From the NCBI GenBank assembly GCA_964035545.1, contig OZ037768.1, positions 23,841,319-23,905,318 on the forward strand: a DNA stretch of 64,000 nucleotides, in the 5' to 3' direction. Positions 1 to 11,260 of this stretch are shown one piece after another. The notes under the pieces are model-generated. The model worked only from the letters and a program-made list of their open reading frames with translations, did no database searches and was not told the origin of the DNA. A program made the translations under genes and the position numbers. Position 1 is the stretch's first letter. The number at the start of each line of letters is the position of its first letter. This DNA is from Bugula neritina. Lineage: Eukaryota > Animalia > Bryozoa.

Positions 1-1850
1 GGACCCCATATCTTAGTTTTTAGATGATCATATTTATATTGATATTCCTTACTAGTATGACTATGAGTATGACTATGAGTATCAGACTCGGTTGCAATAC
101 TTATACTACAGGTTTGCCCAAAAACAAGAACAAGAAGAAGAGTATTCATACCGGTAGAAAGACATAACATTTTAATCAACAACGCTTAAAAACAAAGATA
201 TCAATTTTCATTTAAATTTAGTACCAACAAATTTATTTTCAAAATGAAAGTGTAAGTTCCAATCTCAATCTGACTTTGAATTTTCAACCTGACTTCAGCT
301 TCAAGTATAAATTCAATTCTATCGTCAATTACTGGAAGTTCTTTTTAAATATTACTATTGCAAAATCAAATTGAAAAGTTTGGCCCGGTAATGTTATTGA
401 AAAGTGCTTTGTCAAGCAATTATTTGCTCTATAATCGATGACCTAGTAGCAGTTTGAGTTACTGTTCCACAATTGTTGTTTCCACTTTCTAACGATCCTT
501 CTCCAACAATGCACTTTCATTTTAAAATTAAAGTGAAACTAATCTTGAACAAAACCTGATTTCGCATAAACTAAACCGTAAAAAATTTATTTTTTGCTTT
601 TTGAAATTTAACAAAAAAAAAACAAAATAAAATTTTTTAAAAATTTTTCACATGTTTTTTGTTGAAAATTGTGCTAAAAATAAATTATAACAAAATAAAT
701 TCGAAAGCAGGAGTTGTTATACAAAGGATGAGGTTGGCTTCCGGGTCTATTTATTATGATTATTGTAATAATATTTATATTACATACATTATGATTATTT
801 GCAGTGTAGCATTGACAGCAATAGTTATCAATAGTGTCAACAGTAATGCTAATAGTATTACTATTAGTATTACGTAGTAAAACTAAAAGTAAAACTAAAT
901 TTAAGCAGTAAAACTAAATCAGTAAATGTAATATACAGTTTTATAAATTTTATAGAACTCCAAGTAATACTGATACTAATTACTAATACTAATAGTAATA
1001 CTAATTATATTTTACAATGTTGTTGTTAATAGTAATAGTAATAAAATTTTAAATATTGAGCTAATTATGTTGATATTTTGATCAATTTCATATTCATATT
1101 GATATTCACATTATGATTATAATTATTATCCTCATTCTCATTCTGTTAGTGTTACCCATGCTGTTGGCAGTTACATTTAGTCTTACTGCTGGTGTTATTC
1201 ATATTTCATATTGTGAATTTTAAGGTAACAGTTGACCTAAAGTTAAAGTGAAACTTTAAGAAAAACAAAAATGGCTGAGCAGATTGCTAAAAATAAATGT
1301 GATCACACTCACCTTAAACCTACTACTCGATTCTGATAATCATACTTATACTGATGGTGGTTGCTTTCAATTTTTTTCTCAGGTTTTTATGATAATTTTG
1401 AGACTCTTTGTTACTGCCTATTATCAGAAGTTAATCTTACATTAAGATACTAAATTTAATCGTTATGATATTAACCATTGCTATTACTATGTCTATGTAT
1501 TTTAGATTCAAATAAGATTGGCTACTAACAGTAAATACAAATATAAATAGTGTGATGGAGGATATTTCTACTAAAAAAGATTATTTGGAACGTAAATTAG
1601 GCAGGGTAAGTATATTAAATAATTTGATCATTATTAATGTCTTTTGTGAGAATTATTACCCTGTAACTTACATTTGCACTACTATTATTCTATTCACTGT
1701 TACTGTACTATTTGTATTAGTATTGCTCTAAAGTATAAATTAGCGCAAACAGTATCGCTTTCACAATCACTATAGCAGTAGCATGGCATAGTACATTGAC
1801 ATTAACTGAACCAGTAAGTGGCACTATCTCATGGTTTGCTATTAATTTTA
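1..1850. promoter_or_regulatory. Presumed EXOC7 promoter/5' region with 6-bp periodic AnT lattice, poly(dA:dT) core (~580-700) and YY1-like AAAATGGC (~1268)
   Basis: Lies upstream of and around the first coding exon; periodic tracts read directly from the sequence; promoter role is inferred from position. Confidence 0.5.
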
Positions 1851-4800
1851 TTTTTACAAGCCAAATGCTAAGTTGTATCCGACAATCAGTTCTCTTTTAT
1901 TAATTATAAATCGGCATCTGTATTTTTAGGAAGTGACAAACTTAGAACGTTTGAAGGCGTCACTTGATAGTAGCTCAACTCAAACGGTTTCCATGTTGAA
2001 GGTGTTGGACAAGTTCCAAGAGCGTCTGCAGAAACTCGAAAACACCATTCAGCCTGTTTATAAGCAGACTCGTAACTATCAGCTTCGCCAAGACAGTTAG
2101 TTAACTCGCAATAATCTGCTTAGTTAACATGTAGTAGGAATACTTGCATTGAGTGGGAATCATAATTGTAAACAACCAATATGTGTTTTGAAAGATAATA
2201 CAAACGTTGCAATAATAGTAGAGATGTGGATATTATAGCGGAGTTACAGAGGTAGCATCTGATCTAATTTTAGGTATTGCCCAATCAATTGTATTTTCAA
2301 CTTTAGTTTAGACAATTGAGAGTTTGTTTTTTTTTTCAAGCAATTCTTAATAATCTCATTACGTTTAACATAACTAAATTTGTTTTGGTTTTTCTGTTAC
2401 CATTTTATTTACGAGTAAAAACTGCTCTGCATGCTGTAGATATAGAGAGAACATTGACCTCTATTGATAATGTGATTGGCTTCTACCATGTGGCAAGAGA
2501 CACCAAGCACATTATATGTGGAGATCAGTGAGTTTTATCAGTAGACTAATATTTATATATACTATAATATATAATAAACACGAGGAAACTCTATGACTTT
2601 GCAGCTCATTTTGCAACACAGTAGATGAGATGTGGTCTATTGATTTCCTAGTGTTTTACTGTTAACCTTTTTGGCCACTTGACTTGTCACTAGAGCAGCT
2701 ACTCTTCATATAAACTTGAGACTAAAGTCAAATGTGTGAAGACTTGACTCCCTCCCTACCCTCTTAGCTCTTTACATACAATTTCACTGAAAACTTTCAA
2801 TTACTAATTGCTATTATTTCTAGGCATGGAATGCTGGGCATTGTTGAATTTGTTGCTTTGGTTATATGACCACTTATCAGAAGTTTTAATTGAATTGTGA
2901 CCATGAAATATTGTTTGAAGCTTTTTACCTCACAAGATAAAGATGTCTATTAGCTCTCTATATAGAAGTGGTTATTAAATACAGATGTCTATTAGCTCTC
3001 TATATAGAAATGGTTACTAAATACCGATGTCTATTAGCTCTCTATATAGAAGTGGTTACTAAATACAGATGTCTATTAGCTCTCTATATAGAAGTGGTTA
3101 CTAAATACAGATGTCTATTAGCTCTCTATATAGAAGTGGTTACTAAATACATATGTCTATTAGCTCTCTCTATATAGAAGTGGTTACTAAATACAGATGT
3201 CTATTGTATATAAATATAATGTGTTTAGTATAAGTAAAGACTTGAGAGAGTACATGAGTGCCATGGTGCAGATCAAGAATGCCATTGACTACTTCAGTCA
3301 TCATCATAGAGGTAGTCCGGAATATTCTGAGGTGGTGAGTATCTACTCTATACTATGTACTATGTACTATACTATCTATACTATGTACTATGTACTATAC
3401 TATCTATACTATGTACTATGTACTATACTATCTATACTATGTACTATGTACTATACTATCTATACTATGTACTATGTACTATATACTATACTATGTACTA
3501 TGCTATATATTGTTCTATACTCTACTCTATACTCTACTCTATACTATGTACTATATCCTATATACTATACTCTATCCTATATACTATACTATCTATTACT
3601 CTATACTTCTGTTACTCTATACTATACTCTATCCTATATACTATACTATCTATTACTCTATACTCTACTCTATAGCCTATACTATACTATCTATTCTATT
3701 CTCTACTCTATCCTATATACTATACTATCTATTACTCTATACTACTGTAGCCTATACTCTACTCTAATACTACACTGCTGTTACTCTACACTGCTGTAAT
3801 GCTGCTTATTCTAGAATACTCTGTATCAAACTGGAAAGAAGGCAATAGAGCGGGAATTCCAACTACTTCTCAAGCAACACTCGAAACCTTTACTTCCTGT
3901 TACTATAGCTGACATGCTGGGCGTTAATGATGACCCAGGTAAGTGTATTGTATATATTAAGTAGACTAACGTGTTAACCTGATTAGATATCAGTCTACTT
4001 CTAGCCTGTGCACCTATGTCTTCTAGATCTCGGGGTACAGCAGCCTCCCCTGACCTCCGAACAGTACATGCCTCAGTCTATCAGAGAACAGCTGGAGGAG
4101 ATATCCAAGTGGCTGTTTAGTAACCTCAGTACCACAGACTTTATGACTGCATACGCGGACACCCGATCTGCGGCCCTCACCAAGTCTCTACAGGGGTGTG
4201 TGGGCTATCTCTCTAGACTTTACTGTCACGTCTTCACCTCGTAGTTCCCTGATGATTTTTATTAATGAGAATAAACTTTACTTGCCTTTGAATCAAGCAT
4301 TTAGACATGAATAATTTAATATTAAAACCTGGACTATGCAACCAGAAGATGAAATAGAAGTTTCTATTTTGAGATGTTTTGAAAGGAATTCAATTTTAAA
4401 AGCAGTTTTTCTGAGACCCTTTCTAATTACTAGCTATTCTGTACGTGTGGCGTGTTGTCATCTTTTCTGTATTCTCTACTACTGCTTACTAACTCTCTAC
4501 CAGCATCAAGGGTATCAGGTATCATTCGCTACTAGTCTTATATTTATCCAATCAGCTGCATGCTATCATTTCATTATTTACTTTTGTTGCTATGGTTACA
4601 GTTTGCTCAATTATATAGTTGTGATATCACTAAAAGTATAGTGTTGATAGGACATAGCTTAAATGACTTGTGTTGGCTTGTAGAAGTCTAATCTGCTGCT
4701 CAGTTATTGTCAGAGTGCTTGTCACTGCTTAATATTTGTTTGCTGAGCTTATTTTTGTTGTCATGGTTACATTTAGGCAGCAGTTTAGTTTGAATTAGCA

Positions 4801-7800
4801 AATGTTATTATGTAGAAGCTGTTTTTTTGCTTATTTTTTTAAATGTCAGAGGAGTTGTCATTTCTTGCCTGGGCGCAATATTATATTAAGTTTACAACCT
4901 TGGGTGTAAGAGGTTTGGGGTTTTATTAAAACAGATAAGAAAGTATTGTCCAGGTCCGAATGTGTAGGCAATGAGTATTGCATTGAGGGAATAAGGTTTA
5001 TTGTAAGCTGCAACAAATGATTACATTGACTAGGATTTTCCTCTCCTAAGATTCCAGACTGCTAAAGGACTGTCTACCTGCTCCCTTGCTTAACTCTTCA
5101 TTTGCTGGTTTCGGTTAAACAGCGAGTCTTACTCAGCTAATATAACTTAAAAACTACTGAAAGACACTAAAATCTAATAGCATAAGGATTGCTAATGCAA
5201 GTATATTACTAGTTACTAGGTTACTAAATATTTATGTGTTTTTCTGTCATTGTCTTCTCATTTGTCACAGACTGATAGACCAGCAGAAGTCTTCCAGTGG
5301 AGAGAGTATAGTCTCAGCTTCTCCCAGCACCATCACTGCTATCACCAGGACTAAGAAGAATAAAGGTCGCAAGTATGTCATCTCTACACCATCTCCTAGT
5401 TGCTAGTAACTCTTGTCTACCTGCCAGCATTATACTTATATAGCAGGCGTGAGATGTGTTTATACTCGATGGGGAGTTGTGTGCTTTTACTGAACTGAGT
5501 TAGTATTCCACCTTCAGAATACCGCAGCCCGAATACAAAGCCACCAGTGAATTATGAGATATTGGAATCAAAGCACTGCTCGCTGACATTGATAGTTATT
5601 TCAGTTTTTCTGAAGAAGTTTAACAAAATATGCACAACTTTTTTCATTCATCAATTTCACCAAATAATTATAGTTAATAATATTAATTACAAAGAATAAA
5701 TTTATTTGGTTTTACATTAGTTGTAAGATTTGCTATTCAAGGAAATTTTACTCCTAGCAAGGGAATTATCTGGTCATAGCAGACGTGAGGTGTGTTGTTA
5801 GCAGACGTGAGGTGTAGCATGAATAAGTCTATTTATCTTACAGTCTACTAAAGAAGACACTATTAAGAGGCTCAGAAGCTTCTGCTAAGAAGGAAGAGGA
5901 AGTGTTTGTTATAGAAACAGAGGGGTACATCAACTGTGTCTCGGCCTTACTCAAACTCATCGAGGTAAACACACCAGTGCTCTTCCTTCTTGTCATTCTA
6001 GTGAATCCGTACAATTGTATGCCTTTGGCCATTTAACTAAAGAATGAATGGTCTCTAATTTTCAATTTTATGTTCAAAATTACATTATTTCATTTTTTTC
6101 AATTATCGGTTACCATAGCAATAAAATTTTAGTTATTGGTAGAATAAATTCTTAGCTAGTTTCTAATTCATTGTATTTCTTATTTTCTCTATCATTAGTT
6201 TGAGATGGAACTGATGAACGTTATTATTCCCTTTAAACACAGAAGAAAAGTATATGAGATCATGATTCAGCCTTCTCTAGAGCTCATTGTGCTTGAAGGA
6301 GAGGTAGGTTGACATCGCTGCCATAAAGTTTCTTTTTCTTGTTTTTACCCGGTCTTCCAAGCTTTGAAAAAAATTCATGATGTTTTACGCGCGATTATAA
6401 CTTGTATTGCAACTCGTATTACAACTCTTATTTACAGAAGCTCGGTGAAAGTGCGCAGAAGTCTGCCTCTCATTACAACTTCAAGGAGGTGCACATGCTG
6501 TTTCCTGTCGTCAAACATCTACGGACTGTAAAACCTGAGTTTGACGTCAAATTGGAAGGTTGCCAGCCGATAAACCGGTCACGGTTCGCTGCTCTCATCA
6601 CTAATCTAGATAACACGGTTGGTGCATTAGTTGACCTCTGCTTGAACTTTGTTGACCTCTACGTGAACTTTGTTGACCTCAATTTGAACTTTGTTGACCT
6701 CTACTTGAACTTTGTTGACCTCTACGTGAACTTTGTTGACCTCAATTTGAACTTTGTTGACCTCTTCTTTAACTAATTCATTTCTCTCCTCTCTCCAGGG
6801 TAACTCTATACTCAGTCTATTCATTGAAAGTATAAAGAATGACCCTGACAAGTCTTCTAACATGCCCCTTGACGGGACGGTGCACGAGCTAACCCGAAAC
6901 GTGAGTGGGCTTTAAGGCTATAATCCTGGCCACAGCTTTACTTTAGAATAATACCTTCAATACCAAAGAGTGGCGAACTGATGCTGGGTGGTTGTATCTC
7001 AAGTGTTTCAATGACTTGCCTTTATGTCTAATACTGTAATACATTTTAAATGTAAAATAATTTCAAAGCTATTTTTTGATGATGTAACATCTGAGAGCTG
7101 TTCCTCTCTCACATCTTATTCAGAGTAGCTGTTGTCATGTGACTTGTCTCTAAGTGTGACACATCTGTCAGTGTGACACATCTGTCAGTGTGGCACATCT
7201 GTGAGCGTGACACATCTGCCAGTGTGACACATCTGCCAGTGTGACACATCTGTCAGTGTGACACATCTGTCAGTGTGACACATCTGTAAGTGACACATCT
7301 GTGAGTGTGACGCATATGTCAGGGTAGTTACATAGTCACATAATGTTGTAGACGATGTCATTTATGACTATATTAAAGGAGAACGCGGAAGTTGCTGGGG
7401 CTATGCTGTTAGTGCAAGGTATGTTACCTGCAGTGTGTACTCAGTAGGTTTATGGTATGTTACCTGCAGTGTGTACTCAGTAGGGCTATGGTATGTTACC
7501 TGCAGTGTGTACTCAGTAGGTTTATGCGATGTAGTGACATTAGCTATAATATAATAACAATTATGAAATCAACACCAATGGGTAATATTAATACTAACGA
7601 AATTGCTAATCGTAACTCTGACGATACTGAATATGTAATATAGTAGACTTGTTATTATATAAAATAACGTTATCCATCACCTTGATAATGACTGGTATTT
7701 GTGCAGATAGTACATACAGTACATACAGTGCATACAGTACATGCAGTACATGCAGTACATGCAGTACATACAGTACATGCAGTACATGCAGTACATACAG

Positions 7801-8867
7801 TGCATACAGTACATGCAGTACATACAGTGCATACAGTGCATATAGTACATATAATACATACAGTGCATACAGTGCATACAGTGCATACAGTACATACAGT
7901 GCATACAGTACATGCAGTACATGCAGTATATGCAGTACATGCAGTACATACAGTACATACAGTACATATAGTACATATAGTACAGCTGTCTGTTGGTGTA
8001 GCAGTAGATGATATTGAATATTGTGTTTATAGATCCAATGTACAGGGAACAGAACTTAGACCATCTGACTATCAAAGTAGCAGACTACATGAGTAAGTAT
8101 ATAGTATGCTGCTGTATATTATAACATAAGAGTAAGTACTACTGTATATAATACAATAGTACTGTATATAATACAATACTACTGTATATAATACAATCCT
8201 ACTGTATATAATACAATAGTACTGTATATAATACAATCCTACTGTATATAATACAATCCTACTGTATATAATACAATCCTACTGTATATAATACAATACT
8301 ACTGTATATAATACAATCCTACTGTATATAATACAATCCTACTGTATATAATACAATAGTACTGTATATAATACAATCCTACTGTATATAATACAATAGT
8401 ACTGTATATATTACTAGAGTACTGTATATAATACAACACTACTGTATATAATACAATCCTACTGTATATAATACAATACTACTGTATATAATACAATCCT
8501 ACTGTATATAATACAATAGTACTGTATATAATACAATCCTACTGTATATAATACAATAGTACTGTATATATTACTAGAGTACTGTATATAATACAATACT
8601 ACTGTATATAATACAATCCTACTGTATATAATACAAGAGTTTTCTTCTCTCTTTCAGCTAAAGTGTTGTCTGCTCTTGGAATAAACTTGAAAAACAAATC
8701 CAGCACTTACCATGACCCGTATTTATCTGCTATATTTATGCTCAACAACTATAACTACATGCAGAAGACATTACAAAGGTAAGTAGTACTAGTAGTAATA
8801 GTAGTAGTAGTAGTACTAGCAGTAGTAGTAGTAGTAGTAGTAGTAGCAGTAGTAGTAGTAGTAGTAA

Positions 8868-8903
<36 letters not shown>

Positions 8904-9968
8904 AAGTAGTGGCAGTAGTAGTAGTAGTAGCAGTAATAGTAGTAGTAGTAGTAGTAGTAGCAGCAGTAGTAGTAGTAGTAGTACTAGTACTAGTAGTAGT
9001 AGCAGCAGTAGTAGTAGAAGTAGTAGTAGCAGTAGTAGTAGCAGTACTAGTAGTAGCAGTAGTAGTACCAACAACTGGTATAGAGTTAGTATAAGTTACC
9101 CCAGGGTTATCTCCTCTCTACAGTCAAGACCTGCTGCCCCTCATACACAAATACGACCCTCAAGTTGGTCAATACTACTCAACACAGTCCATGGAACAGA
9201 AGAAGAAATACCATTCTAGCTTCAGATCTCTACTTGATATCATTGCTACTGACACTGCGGGTGCGGTGACAAAGCATTCGTCCCAGCAGCGCAACACTGG
9301 TGTAGAAAAGGTTGGCTAATGCAGTTCTGTGTGATCAATAATCAAATTAAACTTATTAGTATAATTATTTCTCCATGTCGTTATGTAACACGTGGCAGTT
9401 CAATGCTATGTTACTAATCTCCCTAATGCATGTAACCTATGGCAGTTGTTGGTGTTTTTAGACTCTGCATATTTATATTTTATGTTATCTTTTATTTTAG
9501 ATCTCAGACAAAGAGCGACAGTCTATAAAAGACAGATTTGTGGTATGATTGAATATAATTTGACATCAATGTGAAATATCAAACTAACATCTGAGTTTTG
9601 ATAATTTGAGAGTAAAAGTTGTATCATTTTAGTATTTTTTGTTTTTAAAATTATTGAAGATATTATTTTACTGTTATTTGAAGAATGAAAATGTTTCATA
9701 TGCTGTTATTCTGTGTATTTGCTGTGTCTAGGATTTCAACAAAGGGTTTGAAGATTTGTGCCGAGTTCAGAAGGCTTACGCCATTCCCGACTCTAGCCTA
9801 CGGGACCTACTCAAGAAGGAGAACAGAGAAAGGGTGGTGCCCCAGTACACCGCCTTTAAGAACAAGTACTCCAAGACTAACTTCACCAAGAACCCTGACA
9901 AGTATATTAAATACACGGAGGGAGACGTGGCTGACATGTTAGACAAGTTGTTTGACTCAACCTTCTAG
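1555..9968 (+). CDS. EXOC7: Exocyst complex component 7 (Exo70), 17 coding exons
   Basis: Exons joined in frame via GT-AG: 1555-1605, 1930-2095, 2440-2527, 3229-3334, 3815-3938, 4027-4195, 5271-5372, 5844-5964, 6199-6303, 6438-6617, 6799-6900, 7352-7418, 8033-8092, 8658-8778, 9124-9310, 9501-9542, 9732-9968. Translation has Exo70 hallmarks: FQERLQKLENTIQPVYKQT, NIERTLTSIDNVIGFYHVA, MPLDGTVHELT, AIFMLNNYNY, KERQSIKDRF, QKAYAIPD, FTKNPDKYIKYT, LDKLFDSTF*. Confidence 0.96.
2940..3205. repeat. 42-bp minisatellite, ~6 copies (EXOC7 intron 3)
   Basis: Unit AGATGTCTATTAGCTCTCTATATAGAAGTGGTTACTAAATAC. Confidence 0.95.
3345..3790. repeat. Low-complexity (TACTA/TACTC)-based compound repeat (EXOC7 intron 4)
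   Basis: Repeated CTATACTATGTACTATG and TACTC motifs. Confidence 0.9.
6630..6765. repeat. 21-bp minisatellite, ~6 copies (EXOC7 intron 10)
   Basis: Unit GTTGACCTCTACTTGAACTTT with variants. Confidence 0.9.
7155..7315. repeat. 17-bp minisatellite (EXOC7 intron 11)
   Basis: Unit GTGTGACACATCTGTCA. Confidence 0.9.
7419..7526. repeat. 36-bp triplication beginning at the EXOC7 exon 12 donor
   Basis: GTATGTTACCTGCAGTGTGTACTCAGTAGG(TT/GC)TATG x3. Confidence 0.95.
7710..7985. repeat. 9-bp tandem repeat (CAGTRCATR)n
   Basis: Direct reading of the sequence. Confidence 0.95.
8138..8637. repeat. 20-bp minisatellite, ~25 copies (EXOC7 intron 13)
   Basis: Unit ACTGTATATAATACAATCCT with variants. Confidence 0.95.
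8779..9066. repeat. Imperfect (GTA)n microsatellite starting at the EXOC7 exon 14 donor
   Basis: GTAAGTAGTACTAGTAGT... running ~290 bp. Confidence 0.95.
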
Positions 9969-10196
9969 TCGTTGGCTCCTTCAAGTTATCTCCTCGTGTT
10001 ATCTTCTCTTGTTGAACCTTTCTATGCTTTGTTAGACTCAAAATATCATGTATAACTTTGGTAGTGTATTGTTGTGGTTATCTTTAGCCCTTCATTAGTT
10101 ACACTGTGTATTACATTTGGAAACTTTTGTCATGTCTGTCACACCATAGCACCTGGTGTCACTTGTCTGTTCTAGCAACAATGTGTGACAGGTTGA

Positions 10197-10370
10197 TTCA
10201 CATGTGACCGCATATGTGTCATGTGACTACAGATGTGTCATGTGACCACAGGTATATCATGTGACCGCAGGTGTGTCATGTGACCGCAGGTGTGTCATGT
10301 GACCGCAGGTGTGTCATGTGACTACAGGTGTGTCATGTGACCGCAAGTGTGTCATGTGACGGCAGGTGTA
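10197..10370. repeat. 19-bp minisatellite in the presumed EXOC7 3' UTR
   Basis: Unit GTGTCATGTGACCGCAGGT, ~9 copies. Confidence 0.9.
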
Positions 10371-11260
10371 GCACCAATTTAGCATATAATTATTTGTCAC
10401 GCACTTATTTATGATTTAGAAAAGTTGCTAAAAAAGGAAATCTAATCTTGTAAATGAATAACTCTGTTATGTGAAATTATATATCTAGTCATTTCTTACT
10501 TATTTATTCTACCAAATTGACTTTTATCATTATTCAAAGTATTGAATAAAATGTTCTGAGACTTGAAGGCTTTATATCATATTATGTCATTGTATAATAT
10601 TATATCATATTATATAATATTGTATCATATTATATAATATGATACAATATTATATAATATGATATAATAATATTATGTTGCAATATATTTCTCTAGGCTG
10701 ATGGTTTGTATCATTGCCAGCACTTTGTGTGTTCTACCCCTTAGCATATATAATATCAATTCTATGACTGTTATTTCGTAAACGTTTATTTAGATTTGCT
10801 GAAATAAAACATTAAATTAAAATGTAATCTAGCAAAAATGAAGTTAGTATGTACATTACATCATATCATATTCCCTGTAAGCCATTCAAACAAATCACCT
10901 ATAAACTGGTTTCTGAAATATGTTTCTCTTGGCCATAATTTGCACAAAAATATAAACCAACTGATGTCCACTTCCCAAGTTACCCCATCAGTATCGATGT
11001 TTAGTTACTCTGCATGGGTCAAGGAAAAAAATGCTGCCAGTGTTTGCTGCCATATCACATGCAATTATTGTAACAAAATATAACAATAATTTATTTGAAT
11101 GATAACCAGTGGACAAAATATACACATATATTCACAGATATAAATTATATTAACTTTTATTAATATGGCGGAGTAGCTTGTGATTCAAGTAGACTGAGCG
11201 CATAATTTATTGAGCTACCAGAGAAAGAGAGGACAACTCTAAACTACAGACTAGAGAACA

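Noticed and set aside
659-877. Lattice regions as coding sequence for an alternating beta-strand protein
   Set aside because: Frequent stops and phase slips, no long ORF on either strand and no consistent splice structure.
3197-3799. Long Y/T/L-rich ORFs (also 7649-8096, 8742-9094, 20991-22251, 36628-37356, 43430-43873, 56487-56777)
   Set aside because: They are translations of stop-free minisatellites, mostly in introns; only small embedded parts are true exons.
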